From assembly GCA_020184695.1 (NCBI GenBank), contig JAANOX010000037.1, positions 124,001 through 188,000 on the forward strand: DNA of 64,000 nucleotides, given 5' to 3'. Under the pieces are notes generated by a model. The model worked only from the letters and a program-made list of their open reading frames with translations, did not search any database and had not been told where the DNA came from. The position numbers and the translations under genes are program-made. The DNA is from Histomonas meleagridis 2922-C6/04-290x. Lineage: Eukaryota > Protista > Parabasalia. Shown in pieces: positions 11,593 through 23,200 of this stretch. How positions within the stretch are numbered: the stretch's first letter is position 1; each line of letters begins with the position of its first letter.

Positions 11593-11630
11593 GCGAGCGA
11601 AGCGAGCCAACATAGGGGGCTGAAGAGCCC
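11593..11630. other. GC-rich motif: GCGAGC-GAA-GCGAGC direct repeat plus GGGCT-GAAG-AGCCC hairpin
   Basis: Seen directly, in otherwise very AT-rich DNA ~140 nt upstream of the mariner relic. Confidence 0.6.
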
Positions 11631-11768
11631 GGAATGCCCTTTATGTTAAAAGAAAAGGTCGGAATCAGTCCCGATCGCATTATAATATACCTCCCAATAT
11701 TTTATATATTGAAAAAATATCAGAAATAAATCGTAATATTGTCATTGTTCATAACGTATTTCATTTTT

Positions 11769-12440
11769 ATGAAGGTCGAAAAAAGAGCAGTAATATTTTT
11801 TATGAAACGAAAAGGCTTTAAACTTAGCCGAATTATACAAGAGTTAGATGATGTTCATCACCAAGATGCACTAAATATTAATACCATAAAATTTTGGCTG
11901 CATCAATTTAAATTAGGGAGATCTGAAATAACGAATATTTAGAGTCCAGGAATACCAGTACTTGATTTCATTGATTCAAAAATTTTGGCTGCACTCGAAA
12001 TAGAATCATTTCATTCAACATATACATTAGACGAAGCCTCATCAATACCATGATACACCATAAATGATCACGTCAATAAATTGAACTTACATTATTATAA
12101 TTTAAGAGTGATTTTATATGAATTGACATCTGAAATGAAAGAAGAAAATTTGAAAAGCAACCAAGCTTCTTGATATATTAAATGTCAACAATAGAAATAT
12201 CTGTCATTTAATCATAACCGGTAATGAATCATGGTTTTTCTCATCATATGATCACAAGCATATGTAATCACTACTATCAAGAGAAAATTTATCTGGAATT
12301 ATATATAAATAATTGACACGATAGAATATATGGTAACTATTTTATGGAATAATGATTAATTCTTTATAGTTGATCTAATGAAAGATGGTAAAAAATTTAA
12401 CTCTAAGTATATTATTAATAGTATAATTAAACCTTTTTTA
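11769..12440 (+). mobile_element. Degenerate Tc1/mariner-type transposase relic (pseudogene, 3'-truncated)
   Basis: MKVEKRAVIFFMKRKG..RIIQEL..ALNINTIKFWLHQFKLGR (HTH), ITGNESWFF (decayed TGDESW, first catalytic Asp), MVTILWN..IVDLMKDGKKFNSKY; multiple stops and frameshifts; no TIRs recognised. Confidence 0.75.
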
Positions 12441-14618
12441 CTATTTAATAACTTTTTTCGGCTTTTCCCCAACATTCAATTCTAAAATGAGCTATGTTTT
12501 CTGTAGACACTGTTTCTTCTTCCATTAGCCCCCATTCATAAAATGATAACATCGCAATATCTATTGCATTCATTTGATTAATCCCATCGATTACTAACAT
12601 CTATTTTGTGTTTTCGGTGGTATTCAGCAGGGTTTTGTAAAGAATTTGAAACTTCTGCCCTGTCAAAGTCTTTATCAATGATGAACAGGAAATTATTTTT
12701 TTTTCTTTTAATGAAGCTTGTTTCTTCATGTTCTTCGAGTTCATTGATCAGATCATGACAAGATCTTGTCTCAGCAGCTGGGTCAGTAATAGTTTTTAGA
12801 TATGAATTTTTTCTGGATGTGATGAATGGCGCTTCCAGATTTGAAAGGATGAACCTATCGATGTCTGGATCGAAAATTCTTCTAATTTCTAATAATTTTA
12901 ATAAGATATTATAACAAGAGACTTCGAAGTACATTTATATTTTTTCGAATAAATCTTTAATAAACATTGTGTTTTAAATTCAAAAATTATCCATTTTAAT
13001 AATCTTAATTAATTTTGATAACCTCTTGAAAATCAAATTTGATTTCATAATAAAATTTATCAACTGTTATCTACATTTGATTTACTATGGGGCCAAGCTC
13101 AGACAGCTTTATATGGTTTTTCCATGTATTTGTATATTTATTTTCTTTAAATTTGGGTGCGGGGGATATATACATAACACTCTTCATTGTGGTTTATTTG
13201 TGTAGTAGATTTTTACAAAGATGAGCACGAAATTAATTTCCAGATGTCTTTTTTGGGTAATAAATTCTCCTCATGAGATTTTAGCATTAACTTCGATGAT
13301 GGAAAACATTAGATAATCAGGAAGCTTTTTAAAACCACAAAATCGAATTTTTTATCCATGTTTTAACCATCATAATGTATTTTTCTTTCTGATGTATTTC
13401 TGTTATTGGAATTTACCAAAATAAACATGAATTTTTTAGAAAATAATTTATTCGATTTAATAAATATAAATAAATTATTTGATTTGAAAATATTTGATTA
13501 ATAACTATGAGGTCATATTCTATAAGAACATGAAAAGTGACAGTAAAACAAGTCAATAAATAAACGGTCTCTTAATGCGTAATTTACCACGTGTTTTTTG
13601 TTTTTTTACATAATTTTAAAAGATATGATGAATTCTCGAAGATTCTAACATACCAAACCAGTGTCAATATAAATGTTATGTTGGTTAATTCTTTAAATAG
13701 ATATTGGTTAAATTTTCGCACTTTATTAATATATATATATATATTTATTTATTAATATATTTGAATAAACATGAATTTAGAACAAAATTTAAATCATCAG
13801 TTGGATATTCTGGTATAATAAATGGCAAAAAAAAAGCATTTTCATTATGGTGGAATATATATCGAAACCAAAAATTCGAAGCAGCACTTTTCGGATTGAA
13901 TTCTAAATAATGTTGGCCAATAATAGATTTATTACATATATTAAAAAATGCTAGAAGTCGGGTAATATCAAAACATGATACAGTTAATGTTGATGGGAGA
14001 GATTTTTTTAGTTCTAATTACCTTGAATATAATCTACATTTAGGCGATGCCCAAAATGATTATAAGGTAAAATGAAAGATATATATTCTCTAGAAATATT
14101 TAACATTACAAACTTTTTTACTTTAATAGAACTTGAAACTTCAGAATATTATGAATGGGAAAAAAGGGTCAAGCACTAGAAAAATAATATAAAAGTCGTC
14201 CTGCATCTTATAATGAAATTTTAGCAAGATCGATTGCTTTTAACAAAAAAAATTTAATAAACAAAATTATAAAATTAAATTTTTGGAATATTTTCTTTGA
14301 TTTTTCAAAATATTTTTAACATAGAATTTTGAGAAAATCCTAAAATATTCCATTTTTTTTTAAATTAAATACTGGTTTTATCCTTTTCAAATTTTACATT
14401 GAATACTTTATTCGCTGTAAAGTATTGTAACAATAAAATAAAAATATACCGAAATTCAAACAATAATTTTTTGTACCTCTATTAAGATTTTATTACATTC
14501 ATATGTTTGTTAATGTTATACAAAAATGCTTGGTTAGGTATATGTTTGCAAGTTGACTTCCTATATTTGTTTTTCGAAAAACAACAAAAAATGGGGTACC
14601 CCGTTCCGTTTAGAAGAA

Positions 14619-14957
14619 ATGGAAAAAAGGAAATTTCGGCAAGAACTTGATTCAATGGCTGTATGGCAAAATGGAAAGAAAAGCCAACATCGAAACAACA
14701 AATTAAAATCTCACTCATCAGAATTAAAACTAAATTTCCGTTCGAATTTTAAACTTAGTCGTTCTGACTTGATTCAATATTATTTAAAACTTTCAGAAGA
14801 ATATCGAGAATTACTCAAAGAACATAATAAACTTGTTCAAGAACGAAAAGATATTGAGTTTCAAATAGCTTCGAACTTTTGTCAAAAAGATCGTCTTGAA
14901 GAACTTATTAAAGAAGTTAAAGAAGACAAAGAAAAATACGAAATGACTGACACATAA
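14619..14957 (+). CDS. Hypothetical small coiled-coil protein (related copy at 19736)
   Basis: ORF with KLSEEYRELLKEHNKLVQERKDIEFQIASNFCQKDRLEE. Confidence 0.5.
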   Translation: MEKRKFRQELDSMAVWQNGKKSQHRNNKLKSHSSELKLNFRSNFKLSRSDLIQYYLKLSEEYRELLKEHNKLVQERKDIEFQIASNFCQKDRLEELIKEVKEDKEKYEMTDT

Positions 14958-15199
14958 AATGCCATCTAAAGTTTCATTTCTTCCGGAAGCTGATTTCAGA
15001 CCCAAAGAACGATATAAAATTGTGTAACTAAATTGTCGGTTTGCACTGAAAAACCACTATCGTTACATTGAATGTTTGTTTGTAAAAGAATGATTTTATT
15101 TATTTTTAGAAAAATAAAAAGAAAGTGGTGGATTATGTTAAACAAATATCATTTGAAAATGTTTATTTTAATAAATAATATTTATGAAATTAATGGGAT

Positions 15200-15925
15200 T
15201 TATGGAACAAGTGTTTCTTGTAGTCCACTGACTCTTTGGTAAACTTGAGACTGCTGAAACACATATACATGGAGAATTCCAAGGCATAAAAGACAAAGAG
15301 TATTGATGAACGAAATGATCTTTGACCAAATACTATTTGATTTAGCAATTAAATCAAGAAATGTTGCAAGACCGACAGACCCACTATTTGGAAATCCAAT
15401 AAAAAGGTATATGATAACGCCTATGAGTAAAAATTGAAGGAATGTATAAGATATTGGAATATTGTGACTTTTACAACCTTTGTATAGGCGATCAAAGCAA
15501 ATGGATGCTGTAAGATATAGCTCCAATATGGTGAAAATCAATGAAAATATAATGTTTCTTGGATATGAATAAGTACTTAAACCAGAAATAGTTGCTGCCC
15601 CGATGATATTAATAAGTGCTTGAATTCCAGTGAAGACGATACCATAAAGAGCTACTTTTACGAACTTACGAGCACGTTCAGGTATATCATGATCAATATC
15701 AGCATATATGATAGGGAAAAACTTTGGCCAATTTGGAGCATTAGTTGTTTGTATTCTAGCTTGTTGAAGTTCTTCTTGTCTTTTAAGAAGTTCTTGTTCA
15801 CGTTTTTGAAGACGCAATAATTTTTCTTGAGGAGTTTCATTTACTGGTGGTTGTCGTATTGGTTCAGTTGGATAAGCTACATGATTTTCTTCTTCATCAA
15901 TAAAAGGATTTTTTATGTCATCCAT
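15200..15925 (-). CDS. Secretory carrier membrane protein (SCAMP family)
   Basis: N-terminal NPF, coiled coil, NWPKFFPIIYADIDHDIP, four TM segments. Confidence 0.88.
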   Translation of the reverse strand: MDDIKNPFIDEEENHVAYPTEPIRQPPVNETPQEKLLRLQKREQELLKRQEELQQARIQTTNAPNWPKFFPIIYADIDHDIPERARKFVKVALYGIVFTGIQALINIIGAATISGLSTYSYPRNIIFSLIFTILELYLTASICFDRLYKGCKSHNIPISYTFLQFLLIGVIIYLFIGFPNSGSVGLATFLDLIAKSNSIWSKIISFINTLCLLCLGILHVYVFQQSQVYQRVSGLQETLVP

Positions 15926-16000
15926 GAGAATTTATGCGGACGGTTTTCGGTGATCTTAACGGTCACCTACGATAATAGTTTTTAAACGTCTCCAGGTTCT

Positions 16001-19000
16001 ATGGCAAATGTAGGGATCATTTTACCAGATCAAGCTATAGTTGATAATTGGACCAAAATCACCGAAAACCCAATTTTAGACACATATCATAATATTGTTC
16101 CTAATTCAGTTTTAATTACTTATCAAACAGATGAAAAATATCCAGCCATTCAAGAGGTACTTTCAGATATATCAGCATATGATTCTTGTAAATGTGCTCT
16201 TGAAGTTCAACAAATTATTTCCAAAATCGATAGGTATATTGCTTTTACTTATCCTTTACGATCTACAACAAAAAACTTAATTCAACAACTTGAAGGTTCT
16301 AAAGCACCTCCAGCTGAAGTTGCCAAAACAGCTCGGAAAATGATGGAGAGTTTTTCTCAAAAATTTATACAAGCACGAGTTGATTGTTATGAAGCAGTCA
16401 ACAAAATTTCCAAAGACTTTCACAATCATGATACATGGGATAAAGGTTTATATTCTGATTATTATATTGATCAAGTTTGTATTTTAATCACCAAACTTTT
16501 TACATTTGGTAAACTTTGTCCAATGAAAACAGCACTTTCAGACGATTTATCTATTCTTAACAAACTATCCAAAACGACAGAGCAAGAACAAGATCTATTT
16601 CCTTTTGATATTCGAATGTGGATGAGCAATCCTAATTCTAGTAAAAATGATCTTTTAGGGGACCTTTCAGATGTACCGAACGAAGATGTTAATATTATTT
16701 TTAATGCTTTTTGGAAACGTATTGAGCATGTAATTAATAATGATATTTCAATTGACACCAACACTGAAACGTCATATCTTGTTGCCTTTCTTTTCATGTT
16801 AGATTTTTATGTATCGCATATGAATGAAGAGCGTAAAGAGAAAAAACGTAAATATGTTCTTCAGCGGTTAGACTCAACCGTTGTCACTTTTCTGACAAAT
16901 CAACGAAACAAATATCCATCGATCTTATTAGCGTATGATTTATGTTTTGATTTTAATCAATTTTTATCAGATGGTGTCATTTTGTTAAAAGATACCAGTC
17001 GGAAGACCTATGAATTTAATTTATTTGAACTTTTGACACAATTACAAACATCATTTAGTAACTTAATGCGAATTCATACATCCCTAATATCAAAGAAAGA
17101 ACAACAAACATCAAAACGAGAAGAAATTCAACGATATTTTGATTTAATAATCAAAACCACCAAATATATCAACAAAGCCATAAATTCATTTATGCATTTG
17201 GTCATCGATAGTCATAATCGATTAGCTCCAAGTAAACCAGAAAAAGATAAAAATGGAAATCTGATTAAATTACCACCAAGTCAATATGAGATGGTAATTC
17301 GTAATTTAGATGATTCCATATTAGAGTCCATGGTCCATTTCACATCTATTTCATGTAAATTACGTAATACATTGTTAAATGATTTACCGAACATTGAAGA
17401 ATTATTATCAAATTATATTGAAGAGTCAACTCAAGACTTTGTCATTAATCAATTAAAGTTAATGTTAATTCGCTCATCGAAAGTTAGTCAATTCTTTGAA
17501 TCCGATGTGTTAAAACTTCGAGAAATCATTAGTTATATTGAAGAAGATGAAAGTGTTCAAAACAAACGAAATAGTAAAATAGTCATTCAACCATCGAAAG
17601 TATTTCCTCAGGTATCATTATTACAATTATTACGTATCCAATTACAAGTTTTTATTAATCCACAAAGTAAATTAATGCCGAAAAGTTTATTATCTAAATC
17701 GATATCTAAAGATGACTTAAACTCAATACGAAACTTCTTAAACATATCTGAGTATTGGGAATCATTATCTGATTTTAAGACATTCATATCAAAGCAATGT
17801 GATTATTCCGGGTTATTCTTTAAGGAATATTGTATTAATTTATATCAATCACAAATATCACAATTCACAACTTCCATTAAATATTTCCCAGTGACTACAT
17901 CAATACCTTATGTATTAATCGAATATATCATTAGTCATACAAACAAACATGACTTAATTGATACGATTTATTATCCTTTATCAATTTATGACTCAGCTGC
18001 TGCTTTAGCTTTGAAACATTTCGAGTCGAGGTCACTTTATGAAGAAATTAAAGCTGAAAGTCAAATCTGCTTATTAACTATAGCGAAAATGATTTCTGAT
18101 TTTGCGTTTAATTCTTTGAAGAATTATTCATATGATAAATTCTTCGATAAAAATAATGAAAACTTATTAAAAGATAAAAATAAATTTGTTGAAGTTTCAG
18201 CATTAAAAATAGCTTCAGTATTACAACAAAATAAATTGTCGTTGTTGGGGCAACATGTATCGATTAAATCATTATTCTCTGATCGATTAAATGAATTATT
18301 TGCGAATAACATAACGCAAATTTTAAACTTCGTAGCTCAACATGGGATTTTATCGATTATAGTGTTCGATAATATAATACAAATATTAAAAGATACACAT
18401 CAAATATTATTAGAGTTCGATGTTCCACTTGATCCATTTGAACAAATCCTCCAAAAAACTCTTTCGTTACATTCGATAAATTCGTTTAATTCATTATTCT
18501 TCCAATTAATAATTAAACATTTAAAACGTAATGTATTAAAATATTACATAGCGCAAATTAATCCTTTAAGATTATACCCTCCTCAAAATGAAATAGATTC
18601 TGTTTCACAATACTTTAATAATAGAAAAAATATTCCAAACGTTCTCAAACAAACTACACAATTTGTGAGTATTGAACACTTCAAAACTTTAATCAAAATT
18701 TGTGGGGAAGGTTCGGTTTTCCTTTTGTTCAAATATTTGATAAGGTTCGTTAACAAAATCGTGCCAAACTTTGTCAACTTTTATTCAGAACAAAATAAAC
18801 GGTTCAAGCGTATCGTCGACTTGCCGCTGGGGTCGGGATGGCATAAATCTTATGATAGATTTGAAGGTGCTTATAAGCCTTTCCTTAAGGAACAACAAGT
18901 AGATGATTTGTTTTGTTTGATGCAAACAATTGGTAATTTATTAATTATTTCAAATATGTCGGATTTAGCTTACGCATTGTATAGGGCTTCTAATAACCAA

Positions 19001-19570
19001 ACTCAGGCATTCTTCTTTAATATAGATAAGAATAATATTGATGAAATTAATCAGGAATTATTTACAATATTTGATGATGACTTTAAAAACTTAAAAGATT
19101 GGTTTAACGGAATTAAACCTGCTCCTGATGAAAATGAAGTAATGCCACCATTCTTTGTTAACGTAGCAAAAGAATTAATGAACTTGTTAAATGAAAACGT
19201 GTCACTTTTCGAGGAAACCTCTGAAAATATTTTAGATTTACCAAGTTTAACTGGTTTTGCATCTGTGTGGAGTGTTCTTGAGTTTATTTTTGTGCTGAAA
19301 GACATAATGGCTCCTGTGAATAAAGATGGCGTAGCTATGAGATATGGATGCGGTGTTACATTTACTGCTGCAATTGTTTTAATATTAACAAACCAAGTGT
19401 TCTTGAGTAAGGCAATTTGCATAAGTACTAAAATTGAGCATCAAAAAATGACCGGAATAACATCATTGAACGAAGCAGCATTAAATCGATTCTTGAATGT
19501 GTCGAAATTGGAGAAAACTTCGTTGGAATATGCTTTGGCAACACTGAACTCTTTGTTCAAAAATGAATAA
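16001..19570 (+). CDS. CYFIP/Sra-1/PIR121 family (WAVE regulatory complex)
   Basis: 1189 aa; FPVTTSIPYVLIEYII...YYPLSIYDSAA..ALKHFESRSLYEEIKAESQIC matches the CYFIP motif. Confidence 0.85.
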   Translation: MANVGIILPDQAIVDNWTKITENPILDTYHNIVPNSVLITYQTDEKYPAIQEVLSDISAYDSCKCALEVQQIISKIDRYIAFTYPLRSTTKNLIQQLEGSKAPPAEVAKTARKMMESFSQKFIQARVDCYEAVNKISKDFHNHDTWDKGLYSDYYIDQVCILITKLFTFGKLCPMKTALSDDLSILNKLSKTTEQEQDLFPFDIRMWMSNPNSSKNDLLGDLSDVPNEDVNIIFNAFWKRIEHVINNDISIDTNTETSYLVAFLFMLDFYVSHMNEERKEKKRKYVLQRLDSTVVTFLTNQRNKYPSILLAYDLCFDFNQFLSDGVILLKDTSRKTYEFNLFELLTQLQTSFSNLMRIHTSLISKKEQQTSKREEIQRYFDLIIKTTKYINKAINSFMHLVIDSHNRLAPSKPEKDKNGNLIKLPPSQYEMVIRNLDDSILESMVHFTSISCKLRNTLLNDLPNIEELLSNYIEESTQDFVINQLKLMLIRSSKVSQFFESDVLKLREIISYIEEDESVQNKRNSKIVIQPSKVFPQVSLLQLLRIQLQVFINPQSKLMPKSLLSKSISKDDLNSIRNFLNISEYWESLSDFKTFISKQCDYSGLFFKEYCINLYQSQISQFTTSIKYFPVTTSIPYVLIEYIISHTNKHDLIDTIYYPLSIYDSAAALALKHFESRSLYEEIKAESQICLLTIAKMISDFAFNSLKNYSYDKFFDKNNENLLKDKNKFVEVSALKIASVLQQNKLSLLGQHVSIKSLFSDRLNELFANNITQILNFVAQHGILSIIVFDNIIQILKDTHQILLEFDVPLDPFEQILQKTLSLHSINSFNSLFFQLIIKHLKRNVLKYYIAQINPLRLYPPQNEIDSVSQYFNNRKNIPNVLKQTTQFVSIEHFKTLIKICGEGSVFLLFKYLIRFVNKIVPNFVNFYSEQNKRFKRIVDLPLGSGWHKSYDRFEGAYKPFLKEQQVDDLFCLMQTIGNLLIISNMSDLAYALYRASNNQTQAFFFNIDKNNIDEINQELFTIFDDDFKNLKDWFNGIKPAPDENEVMPPFFVNVAKELMNLLNENVSLFEETSENILDLPSLTGFASVWSVLEFIFVLKDIMAPVNKDGVAMRYGCGVTFTAAIVLILTNQVFLSKAICISTKIEHQKMTGITSLNEAALNRFLNVSKLEKTSLEYALATLNSLFKNE

Positions 19571-19735
19571 AAATTATATTTTTAGGAATGTTTAAATAAT
19601 ATTTATGAGATTTTTCCTTACAAATAGATTAATTAATTTTTTTTCTTAAAAATTGATAAAAACACAAATGTTTTCAGTAATGCATAACAATAAATAATTA
19701 TCAATTTGTTGAATGAAAATAGAAAACAGAAAACA

Positions 19736-19980
19736 ATGGAAAAAAAGAATATTTTTTTCAAGAACTTGGTTCCAATTATCGAAACAAGACACAAAAACTT
19801 TTTAAAACTTTCAGAAGAATATCGAAAATTACTTGTTCAAGAACGAAAAGATATTGAGTTTCAAATAGCTTCAAACTTTTGTCAAAAAAATCGCCTTGAA
19901 GAATTCTTAATGAATTTATTAAAGAAGTGAAAGAAAATAAAGAAAAATATAAAATGTCATCCAAAGTTTCGTTACTTCTT
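19736..19980 (+). pseudogene. Truncated duplicate of the 14619-14957 ORF
   Basis: Shares aaactttcagaagaatatcga...gaacgaaaagatattgagtttcaaatagcttc and downstream atgccatctaaagtttc-like sequence, with internal deletions. Confidence 0.65.
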
Positions 19981-20201
19981 CATTAATCATTTTAATACGA
20001 ATATACCTCTGATATATTAGGGTTTTTTTGCAAAAAAATCTTACATAGTAGTTTTATTCATAATGTAATATATTTTCATCATAGTAATGAACTCGTGTTC
20101 AAGAAGAAAAATATTCATAAGTGCTGAATCAAATAGTTAATATAATTACCAATATATATTATGTTAAAACTAAAATTAATATTTTTAGCATTGATATCAA
20201 A

Positions 20202-23200
20202 TCATTCTCGTTTATGAAGTATTTTGACTATTTTCTTTTTGCCATTTGCAGATGCTAAAATAAGTGCTGTTTCAAAGAATTTAAATAGCTTCCAAATATT
20301 ATATTAAAACATTCTATTATTTAAATAAACATTAAGTAAAATAAGATGATATTTTTAGCATTAATATCAATTCCTTCTTGTTCAAGAAGTAATTTAACTA
20401 TTTCTGTATAACCATTCCAAGATGATGCATACATAAGTGCTGTATTAAATAATTTAAATAATTTCTAAATATTATGTAGAAACAGCAAATTATTAAAATA
20501 AATTTTATCTTTAGCATTAATATCAATTTCTTCTTGTTCAAGAAGTAATTTAACTATTTCGATAGAACCATTTTTAGATGCTTTCATAAGTGCTGTTTCA
20601 AATAATTTAAACAATTTTCATATATCGTTTTGAAAAATCAAATTATTAGGATAAATTTTATCTTTAGCATTAATGTCAATTCCTTTTTGTTTAAGAAGTG
20701 ATTTAACTATTTTTGTAAAGCAATATCGAGATGCTTGAATAAGTACAGTTTCAAATGCTTCAAATAATTTCCATAAATTAATTTGAAATAGAAAATTATT
20801 AAAACAAATATCAAATAAAACAAATAAATATCTTTAGTATTAATATCAATTTCTTCTTGTTCGAGAAGTAATTTAACTATTTCTTTATAACCATAATCAG
20901 ATGCAATCATAAGTGATGTATAAAATAATTTAAACAATTTCCATAAATTATTTTAAAACTTTAAAATATTAAGATTATTTTTTTTAGCATTAATATCTAT
21001 TCCTTTTTGTTCAAGAAGTAATTTAACGACTTCAGTATGACCTTCTTCAGTTGCTTTTATTAGTGCTGTTTCAAATAATTTGAATAATTTTCAAATATTT
21101 CTTTGAAATAAAAAATTATTAATACAAATTTTAAACAATACAATTTGATATTTTTAGCATTAACATCAATTCCTTCTTGTGCAAGAAGTAATTTAACAAT
21201 TTCTATATGACCATTTCTAGAAGCCCTCATAAGTGCTGTCCAAAATAATTTAAATAATTTCCAAACATTATTTTAAAATATCGAAATATTAAAACATATA
21301 TTGATTAAAGCAAATAAATATCTTTATCATTGATATCAATTCCTTCTTGTTCAAGAAGTATTTTAACTATTTCTGTACGACCATTTTTAGATGCACTTAT
21401 AAATGCTGTTTGAAACATCTTAAATAATTTCCAATTATTATTTTGAAATATTAAGTTAATAAAATAAATATTCAATCAAATTAACAAAAACCTTTAGCAC
21501 TGATATCAATTCCTTTTTGTTCAAGAAGTAATTGTACTATTTTTATGTTACCTTTTGAAGATGCTAACATAATAGCTGTTTGAAATACATTGAATAATCT
21601 TCAAATATTATTTTGAAATATAAAATTATTAAAATAAATATCAAATAAAACAAATAAATATCTTTAGCATTGATATTAATTCCTTTTTGTTCAAGAAGTA
21701 ATTGAACGATTTCTGTATGATCATGACAAGATGCATTTATTAGTTCTGTCCGAAATAATTTAAATAATTCCCAAAAGTTATTTTGAAATATAAAAATATT
21801 AAAATAAGTTTTAAATAAAATAATTAAAAATTTTTAGCATTAACATCAATTCCATCTTGTTCAAGAAGTAATTTTACTATTTCTATGTTACCTTTTTCAG
21901 ATGCTTTCATGAGTGGTGTTTCAAATAATTCAAATAATTTCCAAACATTATATATAAATATTCGTAAATTATTAAAATAAGTATAAAACAAATCAAATGA
22001 ATATCTTGAACATTAGTATTGATATCCTTTTGCTCAAGAAGTAATTTAACTATTTCTATATCACCAAGTTTAGAAGCGTATATAAGTGCTGTATTAAAAA
22101 ATTTAAAAAAAATTCCAAAAGTTATTTTCAAATCCTAAATAATTGAAAACAATATCAAATAAAACAAATATATATCTTGAGCGTTAACATCAATTCCTTC
22201 TTGTTCAAGAAGTAATTTAACAATTTTTATATAACCATTTAAAGTTGCTAATATAAGTGATGTTTGAAATATTTTAAATAATTTCTAAATATTATTTTGA
22301 AATAAAAAATTATTAAAACAAGTTTTAAACAATACAATTGAAAATTTTTAGCATTAACATCAATTCCTTCTTGTTTAAGTAGTAATTTAACTATTTCTGT
22401 ACGACCATTTAAAGATGCCATAATAAGTGCTGTATGAATTATTTTCAAGAAATTTTATTTCATAGTATTAAATATCAAATTATTATAAAAAATTTTTAAT
22501 AAAATTTTGAAACATCGTTTCTTAAATCAATATATTTATATTTAATAAGGTAGTTAGATAGTTCTTCATTTGAACAAAAACCTGATATTTCTAAAAAATT
22601 TATTGATTTTGGATTTTTTGATTGAAAATATTGGAAAATAAAGAGATTCCCTGTTATAATCGATTCATTAATAAGAGTTTCATTCATTATCATTCCTTCT
22701 TTTTCTAAAAATGAAAGAATATTAAAGTTATCATGTAAAATACATATTTTCCCTAATTCTTCTAAATTATTAATTTCAACAATATTATTTTCATAAAGAT
22801 AATGAAAGATATCATTTCGATGAAATTCTATTGCAGTTTCATATGCTTCTGTAAATGATGAATGATTTTGTTCACACAAATGAATGATTTCTTCATTTCC
22901 ACCTGCAATTGCATATTTACCTGTGTTTTCTACTTTTGCTCCATTCATAAGTAAATATTTAAAACATTTAATTGAAGAAAAAAATGCTGCATAATCAATT
23001 AATGTAACATCATCCTTATTAATAAATGAACATCTTTCATAAAGTGATGGTTCAATTGTTTGATCAAAATTAAAATTTGTTTGTGATGATATTTCTTGAA
23101 GTTTTTCTATTTCATCATTTCGAATCATTTTAGCAATTTTATTTGGATTATGTCCTTCTTTGATTAATTCTTTGTGAAGTTTAAAATCATTCTTTGATAA

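Noticed and set aside
10380-13420. Decayed minus-strand ORF fragments (10400-11100, 12578-12934, 13100-13400) as viral/Maverick genes
   Set aside because: No recognisable motif; cannot be supported from the sequence alone.
20271-22513. Arrays are just dead pseudogenes or AT microsatellite expansions
   Set aside because: About 47 exons remain stop-free with in-frame-only indels, slot codons are never stops, Gly shows synonymous variation, and three of four genes end in intact capping repeats. Disfavoured, but not formally excluded without RNA or protein data.
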